Shown here: one piece after another, positions 37,852 to 51,040 of the stretch
Layout of the letters: each line of letters begins with the position of its first letter
How positions within the stretch are numbered: the first letter of the stretch is position 1
DNA from: Octopus bimaculoides
Taxonomy: Eukaryota
Length of the DNA: 64,000 nt
Direction of reading: 5' to 3'
NCBI RefSeq assembly: GCF_001194135.2
Contig: NC_068983.1
Span: forward strand, 100,083,331 to 100,147,330
Translations under genes and position numbers: made by a program
Notes under the pieces: model-generated
The model's input: the letters and a program-made list of their open reading frames with translations, nothing else
What the model was told of the DNA's origin: nothing
Database searches by the model: none

Positions 37852-38071
37852 CCCGTTAGCATTCAGATTACTCTTTCAAATGTAACGCTTAATCATTCAC
37901 ATTGTTTTGAATTAATCGTGCGTTGACTTGTTGCTCTGCGATTTTGATGATGTGATTGCTTATTTTTAGAATAACACTGTAGCGTAGGTATGAGAGGCCA
38001 GATCTAGCTGATTTGAACGTAAAACAAGTAGAACATTTTGGCCAGATATAGCCGGTTTAAGTGCTAAAGGG
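37852..38071. mobile_element. piggyBac-type MITE
   Basis: TTAA|CCCGTTAGCATT left end and AGTGCTAAAGGG right end; the right TTAA is decayed. Confidence 0.6.
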
Positions 38072-38700
38072 CTCGTGATGTTCATGCTAAAATAATCTTG
38101 TTCTGGAGTCTGTTAATGTTTACTTCCATGCAAATTTAGCTAATAATGTGAATAAACTTTGTGCCGTAATTATTGCATAACGTATTTTTATTGTTGGTGT
38201 TGGTGCTTTGACTCAGATCGATCTTGATTAAACAGACTTATGAGCAAAGATTTTCCTGCCAAGACCTTCTTATCTCATTTTCTGGTATTGTCTATCAAGA
38301 TATCTAAAACCGCAGTATCCTATGCATCTTTCCTTTTCTTAATATAGCAGAGTGGTCTGACAGATATTTGATTGCTGTTTCTAACCAATCGAGCGACCAT
38401 ATAAAAAAGGATCATTCGTTAGCCCTTTGGATGACACGTGCGAACAGTTTAAAACAACAAACAGATTTTTTACACTGCATCTCTTCACAGTCTTTTAGGC
38501 GCTTTACGTTATAGCTAGAAAGCTGAATTTCTTTACCCTTTCCTGCAAGATCACTTAATTGAAGTCTTTAGTGGTTGTGTTGCATGTTTATCGGTAACAT
38601 TGAGAAGAATGTCTGGATTCAAATTTGCAAGTATTACACGGTGTAACAAAATTTTTATTTAAAGAATTTTTTGTCAGTGTTATTTCCTATTTTCTCCTCT

Positions 38701-39042
38701 CTAGAAATCAAAGGAAATTACTACGTTTCCCTTCAAACTTTGCTTTTGTCACCTGGACATCAATGTTTTTCCATTACGTTTCAGACAGATTCAGCGCTGT
38801 GTTGCTGAAACATAAATATCGTTATAGCAAATACTTTGCTGAATACCACATATTTGTTTGTCAGTTGTTTGACCTTAACCACTTGAGCATGTCCCTTAAT
38901 GGCTAGCAATTTGTGCATCTCTGATTATGAGGAGTAGTGGGGAGCACCATAGCTATATGTTGAGGGAGATTCATTGGGGTTTGAATGAATGTAACAAAAG
39001 CAAAGTTTGAAGGAAATATTAGCCATTTTTCATACTTTCTAG
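38701..39042. mobile_element. Old MITE-like element with inverted arms
   Basis: TTTCCCTTCAAACTTTGCTTTTGTCAC (38726-38752) is inverted relative to GTAACAAAAGCAAAGTTTGAAGGAAA (38991-39016). Confidence 0.65.
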
Positions 39043-39760
39043 GGTTACGTAAATAGGACATAACAGTTAATACCCAAGGACAAAAATTGTGTTACACTGT
39101 TATTAACAGGTTCCGCAAGAATAGGAGTACTGTCATGTCGGTTTTGGTATCATATGGAATTCATTAGCATACTTGCTAGCTGACAAATGATAAATTGACA
39201 ACTACACCCGAAATGACAAATTGGCATTTCAGTTGTAGTGACGTGCTTATCTATATAGCTTGCTACGAGATGAATCGAAACTGTAGTTACCTATCTATCA
39301 GCCTTGCGAAATAAAACATATTTATCACTTGTCTTAATTCTACAGTCTCCGTTTATAGCTCATACTTTGAATCACGCATCTTCCCTTTCAGAAGTATTGT
39401 CTTTCCAGAATGTAGTAGCTACTGAGGCAAGGATGTCTTGGATAACATACTTCGAAGAAAATTAAGGAAATGTCTTTGTAGAGTGCAGCCAGGAGAGTAC
39501 GAACCGAATGGGAAATATCTGGTACCACTTGTTCCCATGATATGATTGTTAGTCGTTTTTGAGCTGAGGGCAGCTGTGTCATTCTTCAAACATTACCGTT
39601 CATTCGTTCAATGCTCAATCTTTTGTGAACTATATAGTGATTTAGGATCTCTGGGTAACGTTGTACTAAGATAAAAACGGTTTTCCAAGACTCGTGAAGG
39701 CAGGCCCATGAGCAAAATGGATGAATGTTAGAACTGCCAAATAGAGCTGATCAATTTATC

Positions 39761-40265
39761 ATAGGCGCAGGCATGTTTATGTACTTAAGAAGTTCATTTT
39801 GCAACCGAGTGGTTTCGAGTTCAGTCCCACTGTGTCGTGTCCTCTTCTCTATCTTTAGTCCGACATGCTTTATGAGCGAATTTAGTTGACAGAAACTGTG
39901 AAACTCGTCGTGTGTGTATGTGCATACGAATGAATATGTGTACGTGTATATACGTATGTGTATTATGTGCGCGCGCGCGAGCGTATGTATATGTTGTGTG
40001 TGTGTGTGTGTGTGTGTGTGCGTGCGTGTGGGGGGGTGCATGCGCGCACGCGTGTGTAAGTGCGTGTCTTTGCGTTTGTCTCCACGCCACTTCACAGCCA
40101 GTTTTGATTTGTTTACGTCTTCGTAACCTAGCGGTTCGGCAAAAGAACTTAATAGAATAAGCACCAAACTTTAAAAAAATAAGTACTGGGATCGATTTGT
40201 TCGACTAAATCCTTCAAGGTAGTGCTCTAGTATGGCCGCAGTTCAATGACAAAAGCAAATAAAAG
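39761..40265 (+). mobile_element. Diverged full-length SINE family A
   Basis: ATAGGCGCAGGCATG head and GTATGGCCGCAGTTCAATGAC tail. Confidence 0.85.
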
Positions 40266-40547
40266 AATAACAGAAAGAATAGAAGTTATTACAGATTCAG
40301 AAGTCTGATCCTTGCAAGGAAAGTCAAAAGAAAAGCATGAATATTCACAGATTAACTTATATTCATGCTTAGAGTTAGTAGGGAGAAGACCCTTGAAATG
40401 AACACTGAATATTCAAAGTTGCTTAGGTACTTAAACAAAATTGTTTTTATGCATTTCAGAAATATTGAAATTTAATTCGTGAACAGATTGAATAACTACT
40501 TCGATAGCACCTTTTTTACAGAATAAGCTAATGGATTTATTCACAGA

Positions 40548-40695
40548 TACGATGCGGTATCAAAAGGTTCCCGGACTAGTTATGTTTAGTAAAAAAAATA
40601 ACTTATTTGCCTAAGTTTTAATATCATCTCCTTTGAAATAGTCATATTGTGCAGCAATACACTGGTCCCAGCGTTCCTGCCACTTTTGGAATTCA
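40548..40695 (-). mobile_element. Mariner 3' end
   Basis: Minus frame EFQKWQERWDQCIAAQYDYFKGDD; terminal TIR-like sequence ending in CGTA. Confidence 0.7.
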
Positions 40696-40699
40696 ACCT

Positions 40700-41320
40700 G
40701 GATAAGTGTGTGTATCATATAAAAAGAATAGAGTTATCTTTTCTTGTATGTTGTTGCTGGTTATGTTTGGTCAACTGCTATCTGCCCAACAAGGAATTAG
40801 AGGAAGACAGAGTGAATGTCAAATATAGGGAGACGATAAAATAATACCTTCATGGTGCCTAACATTTAAACAGCAATGGTGCTGTGATAAGACACTGTGT
40901 CATAGTTGACATTCTCACTGGTAAGCCTTCTCTCAGTTGAATTATCTCGCTAACTGGATTTTGCCTGAGGTCGCCTCTCTGTCATCTCCTTTTTGCCAAC
41001 TAGTTTCTCCATAACTAACTTTTGCTTGGGAATCTTCTCTATATATATATAGTTATCCCAAAATCGCAAGAAAGAGATCACCGTTATCCAGACAATGGGT
41101 ATTTTGGAAAGTTTATTGTTCTGTCAATTTAACTCTCCACCGCATACAAAAGGTTAGAAGGGGTCAAGTGGCAAAGACATTATTCTGCTTAGCGAAGGCA
41201 TCTGGCAAATGTAACTGCTGTCAACTTAATGTTTCTCTATGGAAAAAGTTCGTTGTGCTGTTAAGTGAAATTTGGCGATTGAGGATCGAATCCATGCTAT
41301 GCCTGCATGATCCACTACAT
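40700..41320 (-). repeat. ~600-bp interspersed repeat, homologous in inverted orientation to ~56700-57270
   Basis: Long collinear match by eye, e.g. AGAGAAACATTAAGTTGACAGCAGTT.CATTTGCCAGATGCCTTCGCTAAGC.GAATAATGTCTTTGCCACTT. Confidence 0.85.
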
Positions 41321-43097
41321 ACAGCTTCCCCACCAGAGAGGTTCCAGGAAAAGGAAACGAACGATAGAGGAAGAGAAGGAAATGCATGGCTGAGGGAAAA
41401 TTTTACATATCAGGAGAGATGATCATTGAAGTGGATATGGGAATTTTTCTATTCGGATAAGTCCGAATAGCAGTGTCGCTTCGCGTGTCAAAATGTGCAG
41501 TCAGTGACTGGGTAGCGCAGAAAATGAGTTAGCGCGTGCGTGCGCGTGAGGGCGTATACATGAGTCCAGGTGCACGCATCAAAATTCACTGTAAAATAAG
41601 CTCAGGTGATTGAGTGAGTGTATTCTCAATCCATGATATCGTAGATCTTCCTGCAAGATTGTAATGTGAGAAATGCCTTGAAGTTTTTTCAGAAGTGAAA
41701 TGTGTCTGGCGTGTTGTCGTGGGTAATTGCTGAGGTTAGTAAGAACGACAATGTAGCATGCTGGAGTGACGCGCAAGACAGGTAATTTTCTCTATTTATT
41801 ACGTGACCAAACAGGGGTCTAACAGAAGGAAATTATGTCAAACATGAGCGCAGAGCATGTGAACATCCGACGTGCATTGAGTCGGGAAAAGAGTTGAGCT
41901 GGCATAGACGTGTTGAAAAACAAGGCAGTAGAGGCATAATAGAGTTGCGTGTGTGTGTGTGCAAGTAGGTGGCGCAAGGCTGAAGCAGTAATGCTAGTGC
42001 ATTGATTACAAATACAGTGTACAGTGTTGAATATGTCAGTGATTAAGGCAGTGCTGAATATGCCAGCCAGTGCATGAGGTATTAAATGGTTTGAATGTGC
42101 AGGAGCAAAAGTGTGGCATGCTGGCGCGTTGTAAGGGATAAACAACTTTCTCTATGTATATGTGACCGACTTAGGGTCTTACAGGGGCGAGTTGTGTCTA
42201 CAAGGGCGCAGGGAGCATGAAAAGCAAGCGAGAAAGGCATGTATGGTGCATGAATGTGACAGTGATAACATGTATGTGTGTATGAACAATGTGTGCAGAT
42301 GCGTGCGCAAGGCCAGGCGCCGAGGAAAGGTGCATGCGTGTGTGTATGTAACAATACAAACATTTTCAAGTGAACGAAAAAAAGTACATGCAAAATATGA
42401 ATGATAATATAGAACATTCAAAAAGATATGCACATAAAATTTAGTTGCATCGCGAAATATGGGCATTGCGGAATGTGTGTATCGCGGTATATGTGCATCG
42501 CGATAAATGTGTAACTCGTAAACAAATGAAAGTGTGCAGAACAGAATAAAATAAGCAAAAATGACAAACTTAGCTGAAAATAGTGTCCTTTGTTAAAAGT
42601 CTAGTGCATGCAAAGAAAATGATGTGCATGCAAAGAAAAGATGTACATGCAAAGAAAATGAATTGTTGAAAGTCTACGTGAGATTCTTAGATACATGCAA
42701 AAGTTTGTAGACAATGCAGAGTTTGTACGTTGGGACGAGACGAAAAGCGTGTGCGTACTGAAAAGATTGCATGTGCGGGCTTCCGTATTTTCTTCCAGTT
42801 AGTTTCTGGGGTGGCAAACTTAGGTGTCAAGATGTTGTGCGTCGGCAGTGTTGCGTTGTTGTGAAGTGCATCGTAGATTACTTTTCAGTATAGTGCTTTC
42901 TGTTACGCGTACTGTAACAAGTGGAACGAGGAAACAAGTGGTAACGAAGGTTGTCATTCCTTAACTTGGGGATCAGCAAAATGCAGCGGCATGTAGCATC
43001 AGAAAATAGCAATTGTTTTTAGACGGGGTCACCGGGGTAATCGATGGATGCGAAGGTGAAGGCGAAGGCTGCAATTCTTTAACTCAGTGTCACCAAT

Positions 43098-43712
43098 TGT
43101 AATGATAAAGATTTATTGCAATGGCATGTTGTAAGATATGAAAGATGAACAGTGATTGAAGCTGTATATTATATCCAAAACCACGACGGGTTGGTATATA
43201 TAATTAGTAAATGGAAAAGCATGCGAGGTAAAAAAGTTAATTTCGGCCGGGACGTGTACACGATTTCATAGTAGTATATATATAGAGAGAGATGGTAATG
43301 TTACAGAGAAAGAAAGTGAGTTAGTGAGAACCGAGTTTGGCTGACCGGCTGAACAAAACGCCGTCACTAATGGAAAAGGCACAAAGGGACTTTTGTGGTA
43401 ACTCACCAACGAAACAGTTGTTTCGTCCCACCACTTTCACTTTCACTAACTCACTTTCTTTTCTCTGTAACATTAACATATCTCTTTATGATATATACTA
43501 CTATGAGATCATGTGCACACCCCAGTCGAAATTAACTCTTTTTACCTCGCATGCTTTTCCATTTACTAATTATACATACCAACCCGTCGTGGTTTTGGAT
43601 ATATAACAAAAGAACGATAAATAAAGATATCTCGATATCTCTTTACAACTTCAATCACTGTTCATCTTTCACATCTTACAACATGCCGTTGCCCTAAATC
43701 TTTACCGTTACA
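43098..43712. mobile_element. 615-bp foldback element with ~230-270-bp inverted arms and TGT...ACA termini
   Basis: 43098-~43330 aligns with the reverse complement of ~43440-43712; no clean TSD because the right flank is (TATC)n. Confidence 0.88.
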
Positions 43713-45009
43713 TATCTATCTATTTATCTATCTATATCTATCTATCTATCTATCTATATATATATATATATANNNNNNNNNNNNNNNNNNNNNNNNNNNN
43801 NNNNNNNNNNNNNNNNNNNNNNNNNNNNNNNNNNNNNNNNNNNNNNNNNTATATCCATAAAAAGGCAAGATATTCTCGGATGGAATGCCTTTTGACCATA
43901 GAGCTGTTTATTCAAGGTAGAACAGAAGCTAAACAAGAACAAAAATTGCCATTGTAATCATTTCCTTGTAAATAGTACTGGCCCTTTCAGAACATCTCTT
44001 ATTTACTATTGCAATCGGTGGCGGTGGTCGAAATGGTTAACGATTCAAACCTCGGTGCTTAGCTTGCTTCTTAGTTATTTCTGACTTGATATTTCATTAA
44101 GGACGCTTTTCCTTTCTATAAAGCAAGACAGTTCACCGCCCATACCACATGCCTATGCCACGGGAAGTTATCTAGTTCACAAACGTTACTTAATAACAAT
44201 TCCATCGGGAGGCGCAGAAGGAGGACGGTTTATTCAATTAGAGCAAATCTCCTGCTGTTAGAGAAATTGTTCTGTTAGCGTGTGATATGCGTACGTTTCA
44301 TTATCCACCAGATTAGGTATTTATCCAACTGATAGATTTATTTGGAAGCTTTCAGAAATTAAATAAAATTATGTGTTGTTTAACTTAACCGTTTGCCAGT
44401 ATAAAACGTTTTTACTGAGCTCTTGTTTTATTCGTTCTGAATAATATATAGCTTTCCTTCGAAAAGAATTGGGAATGTTTATCATATACAATGCATGAAC
44501 GCCTGTGAAATATGTCCTTTGTATCAAATGTGATACATAGGAGAGGCAAACAGTTAAGTCAAGTCGGTTTGTTGACATCCTTTCAGACAAGAATCCTGAG
44601 AACTTCGAAGGCTGAAATAGAGTAAATGTTAAGATTTAGTTTGAAGTAAGATTTGGTTTTTATTTTTTTAAGCTCCGCGAAATGTTCTGAATGCTTACAA
44701 GTTTTAAAAAATATAGAATCTACCATCTTATTTCCTTCCTAATATAGTTTTTAGGAGAATATTTATCTAACATAGCTTTCTCGTATTGATGTCATTGAAA
44801 AACTTCCGGCATACATAAAACGGAGTCTCTGCAGACGACAGCAACTTATGAGAAAATCTGTTTTGTTTATATCTTAAGCTGATTGCATACCAGGTTTTCA
44901 TACTTCGTAACCCTATATAATTCAACAACCCCTTGAAAGGTTAATCAGTATTGTTTCAATACTCTGAAACTGAAACTAAAGCCGAGAAATGATACAAATG
45001 TCTGTGGCG

Positions 45010-45216
45010 TATGTATGTATGCATGTATGTATGTATGCATGTATGTATGTATGTATGTATGTATGCATGTATGTATGTATGTATGTATGCATGTATGTAT
45101 GTATGCATGTATGCATGTATGTATGTATGCATGAATGTACATGTCTATGCGTATAGGTATGAATATATGTATTTGTATATGCTTGCATGTGTATGTATAT
45201 AGGTGTGTGTGTGTGT

Positions 45217-45268
<52 letters not shown>
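45010..45268. repeat. (GTAT/GCAT)n and (GT)n microsatellites
   Basis: Direct reading. Confidence 0.95.
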
Positions 45269-45270
<2 letters not shown>

Positions 45271-47067
45271 GTCAGTGGTGGGTCGTATACAAGCACTACG
45301 GAACTGCAGCAACCCCCTATTTCCACTCGATATTATCGATAACATTCAATATAATGAGTCCTTTTCCCTTTAATTCATTCTTTATACTTGTACATTATAT
45401 AATCCTTAAGCTTAATGTCAGTAGCCATCCTCTAGTTTATGAAAAAAATACAAAAATCCTTGTATAGAACTGTGCGCTTCACAGTTCCAGCAACGCGGTG
45501 TTTGGCTGTTGTGCACATGCTAACATGTCCGAGATATGAAGCTTCACGCTTGGGAGAGACAGCACTGTCATTCATGCAGTACCGGTGAAAGGTAGTGTTT
45601 CTATTTGACTCCGTGTGTGTTGTGCTTAAAAACGTGTTTATATTCTTGAATGTGAATTCAGCGTAGAATTAGATTATTATCCTGCTTACAGCTTCAGTGT
45701 TGCTGTCAGAATTTGAGAAATAGGGCAGATTTCCTCTCACCCATTATTTTGTNNNNNNNNNNNNNNNNNNNNNNNNNNNNNNNNNNNNNNNNNNNNNNNN
45801 NNNNNNNNNNNNNNNNNNNNNNNNNNNNNNNNNNNNNNNNNNNNNNNNNNNNNNNNNNNNNNNNNNNNNNNNNNNNNNNNNNNNNNNNNNNNNNNNNNNN
45901 NNNNNNNNNNNNNNNNNNNNNNNNNNNNNNNNNNNNNNNNNNNNNNNNNNNNNNNNNNNNNNNNNNNNNNNNNNNNNNNNNNNNNNNNNNNNNNNNNNNN
46001 NNNNNNNNNNNNNNNNNNNNNNNNNNNNNNNNNNNNNNNNNNNNNNNNNNNNNNNNNNNNNNNNNNNNNNNNNNNNNNNNNNNNNCGTGTGATGATCGCA
46101 CGTCTATGTATCAGAAAGTAAATAGAAATCTAGAACATATCTAGATAATTCAGCTGATTGTAATATATTCACCTTTTTCCTGTAATGTAAAATTACTAGA
46201 CAATCTATAGAATAGATTATTTTTACCCCAACAAAATTTCTCTTTTGTAATGAATAAGGCTTTATTTATTTATTTATTTATTGTCATATTATCTCAAAGA
46301 AATTTAAAGGGTCCACTATAATAGAAGTAGTGTTTACAATACTTTTATTTTTATACACAGCATTTACAAATTTATATTTTTGCTCTTGCTTTTTATATTT
46401 TGCTTTTTTAGATAGTAGATCTATATTTACTAACAGTACTCGTGGAAATTCCATAGGCCAGTTTCGTGGCACAATCTCAGCCATAAACATCCCTCTGCTT
46501 CTGTCATTTCTTGCATAATGCTTTAATTTATTTCTCGAAAATCTTGTCTATTTTCTTCGGCCATGTTTTCTTTTCAAGCCTATTTTGTCATTCTGGCTTG
46601 TTTGAAATATTCTTACCTATCATCATCGTTCTTCATTCTTTGCCTTCTTTCTTGATTAACAATTCTCGTGGAGTATATATTTTTTCCTTATAAACTTCAA
46701 CTCCGTCATCCATCATACAACTGCTAGGTCCATTTCTGGCATTAATTTAATTCCTTTTCTCCTGGGTTAATATATAAGAATTGGATGAGATATAACGGCT
46801 CGAGCATCTCTCCCCAGTTCTTATATTAATTATTAATATCCAGAAATACAACACGAGGGAATACGGTAACAACAGATCAATAATTTATTCTAGGTTGGTG
46901 TAGAGCCGTTTCGTTCCTGGGTGAACAGGTATGCCGCTAGAATACCAAGGAAGCTTCGACCACATGTCGGTATCGAGTTGAGGGAGCACTGGAAGATACG
47001 TGTTGTCACGACCGCTGCTAGATAGAGAAGAGGACGAACGCTATAGCTTTCTCTCCACCTGTTGCAT

Positions 47068-47155
47068 TGCGCATGCGTGCCCGGGTATTTCCGCTGACGA
47101 CAAGTCCTTTGCACATGCGCAATGGCACTTCCCAAGATGGCGGCCAATGGCGGCC
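47068..47155 (+). promoter_or_regulatory. Housekeeping-type promoter motif cluster in a CpG-rich patch
   Basis: NRF1-like TGCGCATGCGT (47068-47078) and TGCACATGCGCA (47110-47121); tandem YY1 cores AAGATGGCGGCC (47134-47145) and AATGGCGGCC (47146-47155). Confidence 0.55.
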
Positions 47156-47977
47156 ACACGCGCAACTACAAATACTTCCAGTTGTTTTCGATTCTCCTCT
47201 CTTCATTCCTAATACTTATTTCTCTGTTTCAGTTATAAAATAATCGAAGAAGTACCTGACGTTATAAAGTTTATAACAGTTGTATCCAGGATTTATCGTT
47301 ATACATCTTTTATGAAGGAAGTTAGGAATACAGTTATTAATACATCGAAAGTTGGAAACTCCAAATATATAAGATATACCATACCGTTACACCTCTTTTA
47401 CAAAGATATTGAAGAACACAGTTATTAATTAATAAACAGATAGTTGGGAAAACCCCGTATCTAAGACATACGATTAGATTCATTTTACGAAGGAAGTTAA
47501 AAACAGGGTTACTAATATATAGATAATGACTTGATCTAAAAGGCATGTGTTAAATCGTCAGATAGTGAGAAAAATGTCAAACAAAAGCTACAGACACGTG
47601 CACATATACACATACATACACTCACACGCATACGAATGCTATGGTGTGCGCCAATACCCCACCTCTCTCTCACACATACACACACAGTTGATTGTCGTCT
47701 GCGTAATTAGCATGTGTGCACGCCAATAGCGTTCGTATATGTGCACGTGCCAGAAGTGTTTGAAACTCTCTTTTTCATCTCCCTCTCTCACTCACTGTTC
47801 CTTTTATCCCTCTCTCTATCTCTCTCTCTCTCTCTATCTCTCTATCTCTCTCTCTATCTATCTATCTCTCTCTCTCTCTCTCTCGTGCACACAGTTAAAA
47901 TTCTCTTTGCACAGCATGTCAAATCTTTTACTCCACAGGACTCGATCGTTTGTGGCTTTAAAATAATAGAAGAAAAA

Positions 47978-48190
47978 GGCGGCGAGCTGGCAGAATCGTT
48001 AGCACGCCGGGCGAAATGCTTAGCGGTATTTCGTCTGTCATTACGTTCTGAGTTCAAATTCCGCCGAGGTCGACTTTGCCTTTCATCCTTTCGGGGTCTA
48101 TAAATTAAGTACCAGTTGCGTACTGGAGTCGATCTAATCGACTGGCCCCCTCCCCCAAAATGTTGGGCCTTGTGCCTAGAGTAGAAAAGA
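47978..48190 (+). mobile_element. SINE family B, near consensus
   Basis: Full head, body and tail. Confidence 0.93.
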
Positions 48191-48879
48191 AAATAATAGA
48201 AGAAAGAAGACAGGCAGAATTTTTTTAAAACACGGTGAAAAGTGAAGGCGCATGGCGTAATGGCTAGAGGTGTTGGACTTACAGTCATTTGATTGAGGGT
48301 TCGGTCCTTGGGCTGGGCGGTGCCTTGCATATTTGAGTATTTTACGTTGATTCTATGCCTGGAAATTACTTCTACGACGGACTCGCGTCTCGATCACTGT
48401 GAATGTCTTGTGCTTTCAGTCTTTCAGCCTTAAAAATATAGATAGGCTTCGATCTCATAAGCATATAGACTCCAGACAAATATATATGATAAAGAAATTG
48501 CAAAAATCTTTATATTTTTATTGTTTAAGGTACCACGTCTATAAAAAAAAAACCTTTTCGTTTACTTTTATTTCAGGAAAACGTAATTGAATGTGACCAA
48601 AATGTTCTTTTAGTTTAAATAGCTGATGTAAATACCTACCATATTTTCTGTCATACAAGTCGATGTAGTATAAACATGTAACATGAGCATTCAAACATCG
48701 TTTCTATCTTTCCAAATCCTGTTGCATTTCACATGGAATTTTTAGTCCTCCAAAGCTGTCTTGATGTCGACTTCGAGTCTAAGTTTTTGTCAAAGTCGAC
48801 TTTGGCTCTAAGTTTTTGTCTGGAAAATTCAACATGTATACCGAAAAATACGGTAACTTTCTTATTATTGGTTTCAAAT

Positions 48880-48990
48880 TTTGGTACAAGGCCAGCAAAT
48901 TGTGGGGCGGTGGTAAGTCGATTACATCGACCCCAGTGCACAACTAGTACTTATTTTATCAACCCCCGAGAGGATGAAAGGCAAAATCGA
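48880..48990 (-). mobile_element. 5'-truncated SINE family B
   Basis: Reverse complement of the SINE B body and tail. Confidence 0.8.
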
Positions 48991-49048
48991 CACTACTTCT
49001 ATTATAGTGGACCCTTTAAATTTCTTTGAGATAATATGACAATAAATA
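48990..49048 (-). repeat. Exact 59-bp inverted copy of 46275-46333
   Basis: Base-by-base comparison: ACACTACTTCTATTATAGTGGACCCTTTAAATTTCTTTGAGATAATATGACAATAAATA. Confidence 0.95.
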
Positions 49049-49203
49049 TTATCCTGTAGATGCTGGATGTGCTCGCCTGTTTAGTTTGCCCTTGACGGAC
49101 TCCGAAACAGTTGAAGCGATGCTTCTACGTATTCAAAGATTCGTTACATACGCTAAGCGTGAACTCTACCAGATTTAGCCGCACATTAAGAATTAGTTTA
49201 GTC

Positions 49204-49975
49204 AACATGCTGTTTAGTGTCCATAAAAAGTGAAAGTAAATTGCGATAGAAACCGGAAGTGACGACAGGGTAATTCCATAATTTCATTATAATTATGTGA
49301 CATGGAAAGGCGGCGAGCGGGCAGAATCGTTAGCGCGCCGGACGAAATGCGGTATTTCACCTGTTGCTACGTTCTGAGTCCAAATTCCGCCGAGGTCGAC
49401 TTTGCCTTTCATCCATTCGGGGTCGATAAATTAAGTACCAGTAAAACCCTGAGGTCGATGTAATCGACTTATCCCCTCCTCCAAAATGGCTGCCCTTGTA
49501 GCAAAATTTGAAAACATAATTATATAATATGAAAACGATTCATAAAGTGTACATGTAGCATTTTCCCACAGTTTCTGAACCTATTTCACTACTTATGTTC
49601 ATATAGATTCGAAGTAAATAAAGCATCACATGTTCCGTATTGTCACCTGAGTTTCTTCTTGGTGAGTATTCCTGCCCTACGATGGCCTGTGCATATATGC
49701 TCTCATTGTTGGATCAACAAAATTTTTTAAATGGTTCACAACTTCACAGCTATATATGAAGGCCTAAACTAACATAGGAAGCCTACCTATCGCATCCTTG
49801 TGGCTTTACATTCACGTTCATTGTTATGTATACTACGTTGCAGTGATGTGCCCCAACTGCTATTTCAGAAATGCTCGTGCAAAATGGGTGCTAGTAATTA
49901 TGAAATTGTGTAATTCCACTAACGACACTTCCGGCGCATTTACTTTCACTTTTTTACGATTCTAAACTGCATGTT
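49204..49975. mobile_element. Old TIR element with ~80-bp inverted arms, containing a SINE B at 49309-49510
   Basis: AACATGC.GTTTAG...AAAAAGTGAAAGTAAAT.GCG...CCGGAAGTG.CG at both ends in inverted orientation. Confidence 0.7.
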
Positions 49976-50739
49976 AACCATTAGTTTGTCACCCCAATTC
50001 AAAAACATTTTTGATCGTTCTCGAGCGTTAGTTTATATCTTAAAGCTTTTACTGTTGCTGAAGCTAGAATGTTTCCCATATCGTCTGGAATATCTTTTGA
50101 AGTATTGAACATCTATTGAAACAAAGATATGAATGAGAAAAATGGAATTTTGAATAAGGCACAGGTTTGTGATTCACTATTCTACGCTTGGTTTGATTGA
50201 TTTCTGTTGTTTGTAAACGGCATTAACGACAATAGTTACATTTAAGACTAAAGCTGGGAACCGCTAAGTTAACAGGTCTAGAATTTGATTATGTTATAAA
50301 CTCAATGTTACAAACAATGTGGCAATCTTAACATATATTAAAAAAATTGTAATGAAAAATAGAAGTTTGAAACAAGCTTTTGGCTTATTCATCACCACTG
50401 TTTACAATACATTCCAGTTGTATATAAAATGTTGAGATTTTAGTATGTTATGACGTATTTATACTTAAAATAAACTTAAAAGAGTAATATGTATTAATTC
50501 TTTAAGAGAGTAAATTTGGAGACTCCCATTAAAATATTTTAAAACTTCCAGGCACCGGAAATTTACACTAAGTAGCCGAACAGTTTGTTTCCGTTATTTT
50601 TTTTTTCTAAATTAAAAAAAAAAAAAAAAAAGTGTATGCATTTTGGGCGGGATAAAGCTGTTATGAAAAAAGTATGTCATCTGTGTTTTTGTTTTTTATT
50701 TCCTGATTTATTTAGTAATCACAACTATTATTATTGCCT

Positions 50740-50826
<87 letters not shown>

Positions 50827-51040
50827 AGGCGACGAGCTGGCAGAATCGTTAGCACTCTGGACGAAATGTTTAGAGGTATTTCGCCCGTGGCTACGTTCTG
50901 AGTTCAAATTCCGCCGAGGTTGACTTTTCCTTTCATCCTTTTGAGGTCGATAAATTAAGTACCAGTGAAACATTGGGATCGATAAAATCGACTTATCCCC
51001 TCCACCAAAATTGTGGATCTTTTGGCAAAATTTGAAACCA
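50740..51040 (+). mobile_element. (AGT)n microsatellite (50740-50825) followed by SINE family B
   Basis: Direct reading. Confidence 0.9.

Noticed and set aside
46330-46810. Minus-strand coding-looking frame (MLEPLYLIQFLY...GCLWLRLCHETGLWNFHEYC)
   Set aside because: It contains many stops and I could not recognise a family; it needs TBLASTN/HMMER before being called a pseudogene.
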